Of a stretch of 64,000 nucleotides of DNA, positions 1 through 14,051 are shown one piece after another (the stretch's first letter is position 1; the number at the start of each line of letters is the position of its first letter). A model generated the notes under the pieces. That model was not told where the DNA came from. It worked only from the letters and a program-made list of their open reading frames with translations, and searched no databases. This DNA comes from Malacoraja senta (lineage: Eukaryota). The position numbers and the translations under genes are program-made. The stretch lies in NCBI GenBank assembly GCA_038087875.1, contig CM075999.1, forward strand, positions 870,001 through 934,000, in the 5' to 3' direction.

Positions 1-30
1 TTTTCATCAAGACCAGGGTACAAGTCTGTC

Positions 31-417
31 ATAGATACATAGAAAATATGTGGAGGAGTAGGCCATTCGGCCCTTCGAGCCTGCACCGCCATTCAATATG
101 ATCATGGCTGATCATCCAACTCAGTATCGCGTACCTGCCTTCTCTCCATACCCCCTGATCCCCTTAGCCACAAGGGCCACATCTAACTCCCTCTTAAATA
201 TAGCCAATGAACTGGCCTCAACTACCCTCTGTGGCAGTTCCAGAGATTCACCACTCTCTGTGTGAAAAAGTTTTTCCTCATCTCGGTCTTAAAGGATTTC
301 CCCCTTATCCTTAAGCTGTGACCCCTTGTCCTGGACTTCCCCAACATCGGGAACAATCTTCCTGCATCTAGCCTGTCCAACCCCATAAGAATTTTGTACG
401 TTTCTATAAGATCCCCT
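31..417 (-). mobile_element. CR1/HER1-type LINE, 3' end fragment
   Basis: Minus ORF reads GDLIETYKILMGLD...TRGHSL...RKNFFTQRVVNLWN (CR1 ORF2 C-terminus), followed by 3' UTR and TCTATGTA-type tail. Near-identical to 45141-45530. Confidence 0.9.
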
Positions 418-769
418 GTCAAGACAGAAAAAGAGTCTCGACCCCAAAAGTCACCTATTCCTTTTCTCCAGAAATGCTGCCTGACCTGCTGAGTTACTCT
501 CACAGTTCATGCCTATCTTAGGTGGAACTCACATGTCCTCCAGGATTACTACACTCGTGTGTCTTTCTACTTACCATGAAGCATTAAACTGACAGCCTAA
601 GAGACTTCCTTGGGTTTACATGCCACACACACATTTGATCCTCTGGACTCACCAACAACTTTAACTTGTGCCTCCATGCTCCCTGCTGCAAGTAAAAGTC
701 CACCTGCTTTCTTTGCTTGTTCTGATTTCACACCTTGAAAATTCTTATTCCACACTCAAGTTTGTCTCA

Positions 770-1500
770 TTGTAGACATGAGACACTGCAGTTTGCTGTA
801 ATCAAGAGCAAAAGCAAACTACTGAGGAACTCAACGGTTCAGGCAGCATCTGTGGGGGGGTGGAAATTGCTGACCTTTCGGTTGAGACCCAGCATCAGGA
901 CTGATCATCCTGCATCAGGACTAAGGGAAGGGATACCGAGTCCAAGGAGGTGAGAGGGAGGCGTGAAACAGGAGGTGATGAGCAGAAGGAGCTGGGAGGG
1001 GTGAGCAGTTGGGAGATAGTGGCAGATGGGTGATGTGGAAGCAGACAAGGAAGAAAAGAGGGCAGATGGAGCCTGGTGGGGAAAGAGAAGGCTGAAAGTG
1101 AAAACAGAGGTTAGAGGGTGATAAGCAGGAGCAGAAAGACTACGTGTTGGAATATGAAAAGGAAGCAAGGTGTTAAGGGGGAACAATTTAAGGGAGAGAC
1201 AAATGACAAATTGAACAAGATGGAAGGGGGATCTAGTAGCTGTAGTTTGTGGGTATTAGGGAATGAAAATGTGAGATGGGGGCTTGAGAGGGGGAATGAG
1301 AGAGGAAACGTAAACGTGAGGACCAAAGGTGGATCGGAAGAAGAGAGGGAAAACAGGAAATAAGGGTTACCTGAAATTGGAAATTTGAATGTTCATACCA
1401 TTGGGTTGTTGAGTATCCAAGTGGAATATAAGTTGTTGGTCTTCTAGTTTGGATTGGGCCTCACTTAGGCAATGCAAGAATCTGAGGACAGGTTGATTTG
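770..1500 (-). mobile_element. Degenerate Penelope-like element fragment
   Basis: Same end block (CAGGCAGCATC...TTTCGG..GAGACCC), purine-rich spacer and GTTCATACC block as the better-preserved Penelope copies at 14052 and 20097. Confidence 0.6.
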
Positions 1501-1509
1501 GGAATGAAA

Positions 1510-1780
1510 AATAGACACAAAATGTTGGAGTAACTCAGCGGGATAGGCAGCATCTTTGGAGAGAAGGAATAGGTGACGTTTCGGGTCGAGACCCTTCTTC
1601 AGCCTGTGTGAGGCCACATGCAAACTAGAGGAAATGTCCATGTTCTTCAGTCTGAAAAAGGGTCTTGACCTGAAACGTCACCCATGCCTTCACTCCAAAG
1701 ATGCTGTCTGTCCCACTGAGTTACTCCAGCATTTTGTGTCTATCTTTGGTTTAAACCAGCGTCTGCAGTTCCTTCATACA
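1510..1780. repeat. Inverted pair of Penelope terminal-repeat fragments
   Basis: 1510-1602 (GACACAAAATGTTGGAGTAACTCAGC...CCCTTCTTCAG) faces a reverse-complement copy at ~1650-1780 (CTGAAAAAGGGTC...GAGTTACTCCAGCATTTTGTGTC). Confidence 0.7.
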
Positions 1781-2324
1781 CATTTGATTTGGGAATGGTT
1801 GGGGGAGTTAAAATGGCATGCAACTGGAAACTTGGAATATCAAGTCGATGAAACTCACCAGAATATAAAAGTTTATGTTTATCCAGCGCCTCGCCGCTGC
1901 TGCCGAAGCTCTGGTCCGGTCCCCGGTCTCCGGTAGGAAAGGCCGTTCCGATCCAGCTGGTAGGCCGCGAGGTGGGGGGCGAGGATGCGACTTGGAGAAA
2001 TAGTCGCATCCTCGCCAGGAAGCGACTGGGAAGCGGTTTCCCCCTTACCCCTCCCCCCTCCCCCACATAGAAAAACTAAAGAATCCCCAAAACAAACATT
2101 TATTAAATGTTTTTTCATTATATTACCTATTAAGTACTGTGTTTACAAATGTGCTGCTGCAAGTGAGAATTCAATGGTTCCGTTTCGGTACATATGGTAA
2201 TAAAACACTCTTGACTCTTGCTACCTGGAGTCATCCAACCTCCTGCTCCAACTTCATTACCATCACCACTGCATAGCTTTGCCAACCTGACTTTTTTGCT
2301 GTAGTTATTTCATGTAATTTGAGA

Positions 2325-3180
2325 GATACAAGATACAAGATACATTTATTTGTCACATGTGCCAGTTGGTACAGTGAAATGTGATCACCATACAGCCAGA
2401 TAATAAAATAAAGAACACAACACACGATAGAGTTCAACATAAAACATCCCCACACAGCAGAATCAAAAGTTTCCCACTGTGAGGGAAGGCACCCAGGTCA
2501 GTCATCTTCCTCTGATGTTCACCTGTGGTCGGGGCCTCCGGAGTCCACCGCAGTCACCACTACGGGCAGCCCACTGCTCAGGCCCGCTCGCCGGGATGTT
2601 GGAACTCCGACGTCGGAACGGGAGGCCAACCTCGGCCGCTTGGACCTCCAAACCGGCCGCCGCTTCCCACCGGATTCCGCAGCTCCCGAAGTCCCCAGGC
2701 CGTGCTGGGCAGAGATGCACTGCTGGCGGCCCTCGGCAAAGGGCCCCAGGGACTCCGCGATGTCGGTCAGTGCCACCCGCGCTGGGAGCTCAGCGAGCTA
2801 CAGCCCTGCCACGCTGGAGCAGCGGGCCCCACGCTCCGGAACTTCAAACAGCGATCCAAGTAGGTCTCGTCCGCTCCACAGTGAATCCAGCACCTCGCCG
2901 CCGCTGCCAAAGCTCTGGTCCGGTCCCAGGTCTCCGGTAGGAAAGGCCGTTCCGATCCAGCTGGTAGGCGGGGGGCGAGGATGCGACTTGGAGAAATAGT
3001 CGCATCCTCGCCAGGAAGCGACTGGGAAGCGGTTTCCCCCTTACCCCTCCCCCCTCCCCCACATAGAAAAACTAAAGAATCCCCAAAACAAAACTGTAAG
3101 ACAAACTAAAAATATAAAAGATAGGAAAAAACGGACAGGCTGTAGGCAGAAGCGCCTTCAATGCAGCGCCCCTAGTGGAC
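2325..3180 (-). mobile_element. GC-rich non-autonomous retroposon with (TCTTGTA)n tail; partial direct copy at 1880-2097
   Basis: Minus strand ends ...GTGACAAATAAATGTATCTTGTATCTTGTATCT. 2885-3093 is repeated at 1880-2097. A related element lies at ~33105-33680. No recognisable ORF. Confidence 0.5.
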
Positions 3181-5689
3181 CTGCATGGACCTGTCAGTGG
3201 TAGTTAGAGAATACTTCATAGAAACATTGTGCAAGATTACCCAGATTTTGGGTCAACTTTCACATTTTCACCAAAATAAACTGAGAGTTGCTTTAAAAAA
3301 CACTACTGCTGCCAGATATCAATTCTCCTTAATCAATCAGGTTCTTGAAGTTTGCTACAAAGAGGATTCAACTTTTAATTAAAGAAAAATAACAAAATTA
3401 CATAATATTCTGGAGACAAGGTTTTCCAGGCTCGTATTTGTCCATTCACATTATCGCATCTCAAAATTCCCCAGACAATGTAAATATGTCTTGCTGTCAC
3501 AATTGCCATTGTGCTTGCTTAATACCATCACAATATCTATTTACACTCATCCTTGATGCCACAACTTGGAGTAAGAACTGCTATTGTTGCCTGCAACAAA
3601 ACCTAACCACAAAAAGCTCACTCGCAACTTGCCCATAATGCTTGGTAGGCAATGTTGGCAATCTTACCTTCACTGGGTCCTCCAGCATGTCTGGACAGTG
3701 ACAGCTCTGTGGAGTGCAGGGTCTTTGTTAACTTTATCATATGGTGGAGGTTTGAATGAGAAACACAGAATTTACCTGATAGCCAGTGTGGCAGATATGC
3801 CAGGCTTACTATCTGTCAAATAGTTGGAATATTTGTGAATCTTCCTGATTTTCACCAGTATTCAAAACACAACGATGAACTATTTAAACATACTATTTAA
3901 TATGAAGTGCATAAAACTCTGGAAAATGCTTAAAAACAATCTAAATATATTGGCTGACTGAAATGAAAACTATTAGATACCTGTAGCTATATCCTTCACT
4001 AGCAGCCATTGTGTCTCTACTAAAGGTGAAGTAGCTGGACAGAGAAGAGATCCAAACACAGCAGCTCAGAAACTGGGGATATCCATGTCCATGGTGGAGC
4101 ACAGCTGGAATGATGGCGCCAAAGCCTCACAAAGTATGTGTTTAGTAACTCTTGTACAGGAGTCCCAAACATCCGTACAGGTACAAAAGTGAAAGCAGGT
4201 AATTTACCAGTAACAATTTTGTTCAAATTGCAGATCATTATTTGCAACAGTCTATGCCACATGCAATGGAGAAGTGGTCCAATGCACTGTCCTCACAGGA
4301 GTCACTTGATCCTTGCTGCCAATACCTGGATCTGTGCCCTTTTCACACCAGTACCTCAATATCCTTCGCCGACTAGTTTAGTTTAATTTCGCATCATGTT
4401 CGGCACCGACATCATGGGATGAAGAGCCTACTGTGCTGTACTGTTCCATGTTCTATGGACAGTCTTTGGTTACAGTAAGGATTTTATTTCCACTCATTTT
4501 GTGGTCATTAATTTATTTAATGTTTATTTATGATGTATTAACTATGTATATTGTGTTCATAGGCCTGTTATGCTGCTGTTGGTAAGAAGTTCATTGCTCT
4601 GCTGTCTACATATTACAATTAAACACTCTGGACATTTGTGCGTTTGTTTCCGCCTCTGTGCCTGCGATGCTGCTTCAATATTTCCACTGTACCTGTGCCT
4701 CGCCCTACCTGTGCATCTGACAATAAACTGGAACTTGCTGGCAGAGGTGTGAAAGGTCGGACGGTCTCATTTGCTGCAGGATCTGAGAGAGGTCAATTCA
4801 CCTGCTGTTTGCAAGTAGGATAACACATCATATGCAAGGAGGATATTTAACTCAGCCATAGTTATTATACTTGTTAGTGAGATACAAAGAAAAATCCAAA
4901 ATGAGTCATTAGAAAACATAGAATTAATATCTGGACAGTTGATTAACAACATTCCAATAATGTCAGATGGAACATATTGTAAAAATATTTATTGATACAT
5001 ATGAAATTTAGACCCACACCTAAAGGTTTGCTAATTCACTGAATCTGAAATTCGAAACAAAAATGTGATTATATACACCCACAGATTAAAAACAATAGAC
5101 CAAGGACAAATAATGTAATATGCAAATTAAAATTTAAAATGATGGATAAACACAGGCAGCATCTGTGAGAAGAGAACCACTTAATTTGTTTCAGGTTAAG
5201 GACCTTCCTTCAGAACTGGGAAATAGAGCTCAGTCAAGTTTATTATCAAAAGCACGAGTACAGTGAGGTACAGATATAATGAACAATCTTGCTTGCTGGA
5301 ACATCACAGGTACCTCTACATAGGCTCTGGCAAATACACAAAAATAAATTATACATGTAAAATTTCTGAAAGAATGATGATTGTACAAAAAAAGACCATT
5401 GGTGCAACAGCAAAATTAGAAAAAAAAGAAACAAGTCCATGCCAGAGAAAAAAAGACACAGTGTTGGAGTAACTCAGCGGGTCAGGCAGCATTTCTGGAG
5501 AACAGGGATAGGTGACGGTTCGGCAACTCCTTCAGCATCTGCAGATCCTTGTATCTCTGTGATGGAGAAACACACTTGTCTAGATAGAAGAAAGGTGCGG
5601 GGGCAAAGTTATGCTCTCTGATCTGCTGAGGCTTTCCACCATTTTCTGTTTTAACTTCATGCAGTATATTTTCTGTTGAAGCACACTAG

Positions 5690-6915
5690 GAAATGGTGGA
5701 TTTAAAGGTGGGTAACACCCTGTGATCTGATGAGATATAATCGTAGGCTGCTGTGAGAGGCAAGGCTGATGGCTGAGAGTCTGACGGAGATACTTAAGGC
5801 TTCACTGGACATAGGTAAGGTGCCGGATGACTCGAAGTCAGGAAATTTGATACTTTTATTTGAGAATGGCAGCTGGGATAAGAGGTGAGCCACCGAGTCT
5901 AATGTCAGTGCAAGAAAAGTTATTGGAGAACGTTTTGAGGAACAGGACTCAACAGTTAGAAAGGCAGGAATTGGTTAGGACAACTCAGCACAGATTTGTT
6001 GGTGGAGGACCATCAGAATAACTCAGTTGTTTTGTTTTTGAAGAGGTAACAAAATATGTTGACAAGGGCAGTGCTGTTGACATAGTTTAGACTTCAGGAA
6101 GGCCTTTGACAAGGTCCTATATGGATGGCTGTCCAAAATATATGAGCTTGGAGCTATCAAATTTAATGTAGAGTTGGCTTGGTAAAAAGATACAAAGGAT
6201 GATGGTGGCGAATTACTTGGAAGCCAGTGACAACTGATGTGCCATATGGATCAGTGCTGTGTCCCCTTGCTGTTATATGCATTAGCAACTTAGATATGAA
6301 TGTAGAATATATGATTAGTAAGTTTGCAGATGAAATGAAAATTGGTGCTGTTCATGATTGTGGGGAGTGTAGTCCTAGGCTACAGAATGATATTGATCAG
6401 ATGATAAATTGAGCAAGCAATTGCAAAGGGAATTTAATCCTGATAACTGTGAGATGGTGCATTTTGGAACGGTCTAATAAAAGTAGTGTATGTACCATGA
6501 ATGGTAGAGTTCCAGGAGTATTGATGAACAAAGTGATCCTGGTGCACAAATCCCTGGACTCTGAAGCTGACCAAAGCAAAAATATTGGGCCATGTCTGGC
6601 CATCACACTATTGGAAGATTATGATTGCAGTGGAGAGGCGGTACAGAGGAGATTCGCCAGGCTGTGCCAGGGATGGAATGTTTCAATTATGAAGAGAGAC
6701 CAGATAGATGGGTTTGATATCCTTGGAGCAGAGGTGTGAATGGAGGGCTGATAGAGGAATGACAACTATGAGAGGGATACATAGGGTAGATAGTAAGAAA
6801 CTCTTCCCAAGGCAGGGAATTCCATGACCAAAGAGGATTCTTTTTAAGGTGATGAGTAAGAAGTTTAATGGATTTCTGAAGAAGAATTTATTTTACATCC
6901 AAAGAGTAATTACCT
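5690..6915 (+). mobile_element. Old, degenerate CR1 LINE (RT region)
   Basis: Remnant motifs DFRKAFDKV, VPYGSVL, ISKFADEMKIG, LQNDID with many stops. Confidence 0.75.
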
Positions 6916-7706
6916 GAAAAATGTTGGAGGTGGGTAGTCACACCAGACTCACGCAGCACAGAAACATGACATTTGACCCACCATGTCAATGCCAACCATG
7001 AAGTGTCTACACTAAGCCATTTACCAACACTTGGTCTGTAGCTTTCTATGCTTTGGCACTTCAAGCGCCTTTTTGGATGTTTCCTGAGTGTCATCAAAGT
7101 ATCTGCCTCCACTATATTCTCTCGCAGTGTGTTCATATTGCAACTAACCTCTGGGTGAAAAATATATTTCTTAGATCTGCTCTAAACTTTTCACTTCTCA
7201 TCTTAAACCCGTGCCCTCTGGTCTCAATCATTTAAGAAGCATCTGGATGAGTAGTGGAATTGCTAAAGCACATTGAGTTATGGACCAACTGCTAATAAAA
7301 GGGTGGTATAGATGGCTACTTGATGGTCAGGATAGAAATGGTGGAGTGCGGGGCCTGTTTTTATGCAGTGTGACTCTCTGACCCAGTCTCTGCTGTGTCT
7401 GATTTTCAGAATATGCAGAGATCAGGCACACATTAATTTTAAACTCAGAGGTCGTGCCCCTCCTTTCATCACTCCATTCCCTGTGCTGGTATCGATACTG
7501 GGCATTGTTTTCTTTGTGTCATTATCCTCCTTTCATCGCACAGAACTTAACGCATTGAATTGTAAACATTATCAAACTAATCTTCCCTTAGCAAGTTCTG
7601 CTTTCTGGTTTGGCTGAGGATCAACTTTCTCCACATTATCTCTGAAGAGCACAAAACATATTACAAGTTATGTGGTTAACCAGATTTTACCAATGTTAAC
7701 CAATTT

Positions 7707-8422
7707 ACAAGGAGATACAGGAACTACAGATGCTGGTTTACAAAAATGACCAGATGGTTATTTATTGTTTTAAGGTATGTTTAAAATTCAGATGCTAATG
7801 GCTGAATTTTCTAAATCCTCAAGATTAATTTTATTTTACAGCATTTTCATGAGGATTTATCAATGAAAGGAAATGCAGATATTATCTGAAAATCTTTTTA
7901 TGGGGTGTTTATAATTGATATTATCTTACTTACTCACTCCAACATAAAAGACTACTTGATCGATTCCCAATAGAGCAATCCCATTAAACACATCCCCCTT
8001 CTTTACCATCTGTTACCTACAATATGCCCTCTCCCACATGCCCAGCCACACTTTGTCACACCTACCCAAAGCACTAATTTACAGAAATCTATTGGCACAT
8101 AGGTAAAATACTTTTAGACAAGTACTTTTAGAAAGGACAGGTTCAGAGGGACATGGGCCAGAAGCTGGCAGTTGGGACTAGTGTTGATGGGGCATCTTGA
8201 TCGGCATGGGCAAGTTGGCCCAAAGATCTAAAAAGATTTTCAGATAATATCTGCATTTCTTTTCATTGATAAATCCTCATGAAAATGCTGTAAAATAAAA
8301 TTAATATTGAGGATTTAGAAAATTCAGCCATTAGCATCTGAATTTTAAACATACCATAAAACAATAAATAACCATCTGGTTGTTTTTGTAAACCAGCATC
8401 TGTAGTTCCTGTATCTCCTTGT
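7707..8422. repeat. 194-bp inverted repeat (7707-7900 / 8229-8422)
   Basis: Direct reverse-complement match with about 5 mismatches; 328-bp spacer. Confidence 0.9.
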
Positions 8423-8904
8423 TTCCATGCTGCATGACTCTGTGAAAATAACTATTGTCACATATTTGGGATGTGGGAGGAAATCGGAACATCTGATAGA
8501 AACCATGCAGTTATGGGGAGAATGTGCCAACTCTACATCAGATCAAATCTGGGTCACTGGATCTGTGACGAGCAACTCATGTCTGGCACAGTAAGAATAT
8601 TCAGATGGATATGCAAAAGACTGCAGGTGTTGGAATCTTGAGCAAAAAAACAGACTGCTGGAGGAATTCAGTGGCCAGGCAGCATCTGTGGAGGAAAATG
8701 GACAGACAGCTCTTCAGATCAGAACCCTTCATCTGGACTGATGTTTGAAGAGCACGAGAGCAGCAGGAATCACGGAGTGGGAGCAGTGTGAGAGGATCTC
8801 ACAGAAATCCCATCAGAGAGAGGGAGAGTTTTTCAAAGTTGGCACACTTTGAGGAGATTTCGCAATGAAGTAGTAAAATGTTGATAGATATAATGTTATT
8901 CTTA

Positions 8905-9241
8905 TGGGCCTGTCCCACTTACGTGACTTTTTCAGTGACTGTCGGCATCCGTCATAGGTCGTTATGGGTTGCCAAAAATTTTCAACGTTGAAAATCCAGC
9001 GACGACCAGAACAAGGTACGACCCTTTGGGCAACAACTCACAACCATACAGGCTTCACCCCGTGACATGTCGCCAGGGTGTTGCCTGTATGGTCGTGAGT
9101 AGTCTCCTCAGTCGCCCAAAGAGTCGTAGCATCTTTCTGGTCGCCGCTGAATTTTCAACATGTTGTAAATTTTCGCCGACCTGCAACGGCCTATGACGGG
9201 TGCCGCAGTCACCGAAAAAGTTGCGTAAGTGTGACAGGCTA
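8905..9241. mobile_element. PIF/Harbinger-type MITE (near-palindromic)
   Basis: Ends TGGGCCTGTCCCACTTACG / CGTAAGTGTGACAGGCTA, long imperfect inverted arms, TTA duplicated at 8902-8904 and 9242-9244. Confidence 0.8.
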
Positions 9242-12038
9242 TTAGTGTACAACCAAGATCCCTTCGGGATCCTGTAAATATCACTTCATTTTTATCTTCA
9301 AACATTTGTTGATTATGATTTTATTGCATTAATATTCAAATCTTAATCTTGCATTAATTGTGTGGCCAGGCATAACATAGTGAAGAACATTGAAGTGAGC
9401 TTTACCCTTGATTTTAGCTCACAGGCCCAGAACTTGCTCTCTGCATACTTGGTGATGAAACAATGTCCCCATAACCACCACGGTAACCTCCTGCAGTGAA
9501 CCATTTGGTTGGACCCATTCTACTGCTCTTCCTGAAGCAAATGTTACCTCCAGACAATATAAAGTCTTTCCACCATTTACAAAGCACAACTCAGAAGTAT
9601 GATGGAATTCTTTCTGTCAGAAGTAATTATGAAATAATAGTTCTGAGTCCAGTAGAAGAGTGGTGTAAAGAGACAATTCACAGTACAACTCTTCCTTGCT
9701 ATGACACTAATATATGTTCTTATAAACCAAATCAGTGTTTACATTTGGCTGTAAGCAATGAATGAACAAAGTTTTTTTTTAATTGAAGTTGCATTCTTCT
9801 TATTCAGCTTTCATCTCCAACAGAGCATTTATGTGTTTGTCAAATGAATTAACAACCTTACGCATGGAAACAAAATAAAGGTTATCATATGTACAAGTTC
9901 CAACAGGTAAGCTACATTACTTAACTGCCTACATACCTTTGGGTGTTACATGTCTTCACAAGAGCCCAATACACATTTTCAAGATAGGTGGACTGTTTCA
10001 GTATTAGGGCAGACTGGGTAAAATATATTACTGCCTAGATAAAGACATGCAAAAAATAAATAAAATAAAATAAAACATAAAATAATAAAGACCAGTATAA
10101 CCAAGTATCATATGGTCATGGAGATCAACTTCAATTCAAATTATCCATGTCAACTGACTTGGCATTCTGGGCTAGTCCCATTTGCCTGCATTTGGCCCTT
10201 AACGCCCGAAACCCTTTCCATCTATAAATCTGTTCGAATGTCTTTTGAAGGTCGTAATTGTCATATGAAAGTTATGAGATTCTCCATATGTCCTCAACTG
10301 AAGGTTACCTTCAGAATTACAGTAACTCTTTTTTATTTACTTCTTTTCTCCTTTCCCCATTTCCTCAAATGTCTTCAGTGTGTAATTTGGTGGACTTATT
10401 GATGGGTGTGCAGACCTTCACCTCTCCAAATGTGACTGAACTTCTACCTTCTACACAGGTTAGGATAAATTCTGCTGATAAAAAAATGGAGAGGCCCTGA
10501 GAAGAATCTCATATGACGTTATATGACTATTGCGACTTTCAAAAGATATTTGGACAGATATATAAATAGGAAGTGCCTGATAAAAGCTGGGAAGAAAATG
10601 TCCCTGAATCTGGAGGTTTGTATTTTCATACTTCTGCACCTCTCATCTGATGGGAGAGGGGAGAAGAGAGAGTGACTGGGGTGAGACTGGTTATATATCA
10701 TAGTTAACGAGTGGAGATTTTGAGAGTGTAGCTAGTAACGTAGATGAGGGTAACCAGTGGATGTTCAATGGTTCAATAATTCCTTCTTATCAAATGCACC
10801 ACGGTGCACTGAAATTCTTTTTTTTGCATACAGTTCAGTAAAATTATTGCCATACATAAGTACAATCCTAGATAAAATACAGAATATACCGAAATAGCCC
10901 ACTGAGACCATCTGCAAGAGTAGCCAGATTTTGGCACCATTTTCAGTCCCAACTACAACTGGCCATAAAGTCCCATTGCAGCCTTCACCTTGATCCGGCA
11001 AACCGTTGTCCCTCTCCTCGCATGGCCAGTTTCAGCCTTTATGCAGGGGGGGCATATCCCGCAGCTGAACTTGAGGCTGTGGAAGGCAAGATGCCGGCTC
11101 TAGCATTTTGCCGCCGTCACCAACTTCTCTCTGGTTCTTGAGCAGGAGCCGGGCTGAGCGGCTTCCCTCTCCAGGTGGGTTTCCAGTTCCACAGCGGGCG
11201 AACCAGACTGCTGCAAGGGAATAGCAGTGGCTCGCAGCCTGTAGGAACCTTCTTGGTGATCCATGTGAGTATTTGGATTTTCAGAAAGTTGCTGAACAAA
11301 GATCCACAGCCAAAGCACACACCAGTCGGGATTGAGAGGTAACTAACCTGCCCCCTATAAAAGCTTTCCAATTGCAAAATACCACAATTGTGATAAAAGA
11401 TGGTATCTTCAACATCAGACAGCTCTTAATTTGGCATTAGCTAAATGAATTTAGCAAGCACTAAGAGAACTATGTGTTTTTTACATTAGTCATGTTGCTT
11501 TATAGTGGTGAACTTGTGAGGTGGGGTTGATGGCACTTAGGTACAAGACATGCTTCAGGCATCACTCAGGAGCCAGAAGGCAAAAATATTTATTGTCAGA
11601 AATGTTGCTTCAAGAAAATGAATGTGAAGCAACTTCATATGAATTGTCAAGGTGAATGAGTTTGTCCTCAATTGACATCTCCTACCAACTGCAATAGAAG
11701 TCCATCAACTATTCGATACGCACTCAATAGCGATCTATTAATTTAAAAATATTAAAATTCATGCGCTTTAAGTAACTCTAGGCTCAGCATTGCTCTGGTC
11801 AATACTTTCACCCTATCTATTCGCCTCATGATTTTATACACCTCTATAAGGTCACCTTTCAGCCTCCTGCTCTCTAAGGATTAAAGTCCTATCCTGCCCC
11901 CGAGCCTGCCTAACCTCTCCATATAGCTCAAGCCCTCAAGTCCTGTTAACATCCTCATAAATTGTCAGAGAGTCATACAGAGTGAAAACAGGTCAATCGG
12001 CCCAACTTGCCCACACCGACAAACATGTCCTATCTACT

Positions 12039-12170
12039 CAGGGCCGGATTTACGTATACGCTTGACAAGCTTAAGCTTAGGGCCTCAAGATCTAGGGGGG
12101 CTCGCAGAGCCGGATTTACCACTAGACTTCATAGGCTGAAGCCTAGGGCCTTGAAATTTAGGGGGACACC
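12039..12170 (+). mobile_element. Two tandem hAT-like non-autonomous element left ends
   Basis: CAGGGCCGGATTTAC...TAGGGCCTC and CAGAGCCGGATTTAC...TAGGGCCTT. No matching right end found. Confidence 0.35.
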
Positions 12171-13267
12171 AGCCATTCAACTCTGGGCGGGCCCTGCTCT
12201 CTATCTCTCTCCGTCTCCGCCCGCCATCCGTATCCGTGTCCGGGCCGCCGGGCTCCGCTCTCCACTCACACCTCATCCGCCGCCTTACACATGCGCATTG
12301 CTACGGCCAGCACATCCTCCCCACTGCACATGCGCACAACCACGGCCAGCACATCATCGGCCGCCCTGCGCATGCGCACTGCCACGGCAACTGGTCGGTG
12401 CTGGGCACTTTCTCCCTCGCTTTGAATTGTGGGAGATCTGGCCGCCATTGCTGTCCGGTCGCCGCCTTGCCGAGACCGCTGAAAACTAATGCAGAATCAC
12501 TCCCTGATCCTGGATCTGGAGTAACTCCCTGGAGTAACTCTTGCTTCTGGTTTCCTGGTCCTCCATAAATATTCTAAATGGAATTTAAACTGGAGGTGGT
12601 GGAGGGCAGAACAATAACAGCCTATTGCATTTTATCTATTTATTTATTGTGTATATATATGGTATATAAACACACTGAACTTTTATCTCCTGTTCTGTAT
12701 TATGTTTACATATTCTGTTGTGGTGCAGCAAGCAAGAATTTCATTGTCCGATCTGGGACACATGACAATAAAACTCTCTTGACTCTTGACTTGGACTTAA
12801 GCAAAAAAGGGTTCTTGGGGAAAAAAGTGGTACCTTAAATTTAGTTGCGTCTGGTTGGATAACTATGGTAGGGTGAAGACTATTCCATGCTTTAATTGTG
12901 CGGGGGAACTCCATGGAGCAGCCAGCAACTCTAGATAGAAGAAATTGGGTGACATTTCGGGTAGAGACCCTTCTGTAGACTCCCTCTAGTTTTAGTGTTT
13001 TTAGTTTAATTTAAAGATACAGCGTGGAAACAGGCCCTTCGGCCCACCGAGTCCACGCCGACCACCGATCACCCGTACACCAGTTCTATCCCACACATTA
13101 GCGGAGTAAGAGTCAAGAGTGTTTTATTCTCTCACGTCCCAGTTAGAACAATGAAATCCTTACTTGCAGCAGCACAACAGAATGTGTAAACATAGTACTC
13201 TGTAAACAATGTTATAAACGAGAAAACAAAACGGTCTACATTTATATATGAATATATAACTATATAA

Positions 13268-13271
<4 letters not shown>

Positions 13272-13333
<62 letters not shown>
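13272..13333. repeat. (TG)n-(TA)n-(CA)n compound microsatellite
   Basis: Visible directly; the TG and CA tracts are mutually complementary. Confidence 0.9.
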
Positions 13334-13819
13334 ATTTCCCTCCTAGGATTAATAAAGTTCTATCGTATAGTATCATGTGTGTAGGAAGGAACTGCAGATG
13401 CTGGTTTAAACTGAAGATAGACGCAAAAAGCTGGAGTAACTCAACAGGTCAGACAGAATCTCTGGACAAAAGGAAAATATTACGTTTTGGGTTGGGTCTG
13501 AAATAGGTTCCTGCACACCTTTGGAATGTGAAAGGAAACAAGAGCACCCGGAGAAAACCCATGCGATCAAAGGGAAAAGGAGCAAACTCCATACAGACAG
13601 CACCCATATTCAGGATCAATTTTGGGTTCTGGCACTTTTAGGCAGCAACTTTATGGGCAATGTACTACCACCCCATAGTCTTGAACTTAATTAAAACAAA
13701 CAGTAGCTGTAAAGGGGGACATAGCATCACTTGGAGATTTAAAACTGAAAATGGATATTTTCATTTTTTTGTAACTAATGTTATCAACGTATAATTTTTT
13801 GTGTGTTGGAAAACAAAAT

Positions 13820-14050
13820 ATAGTGGCAAAGCTGGTAGACTTGCTGCCTCACACGCCAGAGATCTGTGTTCGATCCTGTCCTCGGGCACTGTCTGTGTTG
13901 AATTTGCACATTCTCCCTGCAAGCGTGGAGGTTTCCTCCCACATCCCAAAGATGCATTGGCTTTGTAGGTTAACTTGTCTCTGTAAAATTGCCCCTAATG
14001 TGTAGGGAGTGGGTGAGGAAAGTGGGGTAACACAACTTGTGTGAATGGGT
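13820..14050 (+). mobile_element. HE1-like V-SINE (degenerate)
   Basis: tRNA-like head (GGCAAAGCTGGTAGA...GTTCGATCC) and V-domain-like TTTGCACATTCTCCC...GGTTTCCTCCCACATCCCAAAGA. Confidence 0.7.
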
Positions 14051-14051
14051 A

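Noticed and set aside
2479..3062. Several overlapping 70-150 aa ORFs
   Set aside because: Stop-poor GC-rich repeat element; no protein motifs.
12007..12568. 160-aa and 110-aa ORFs
   Set aside because: Overlap transposon-like ends and low-complexity TGCGCA repeats; no homology recognised.
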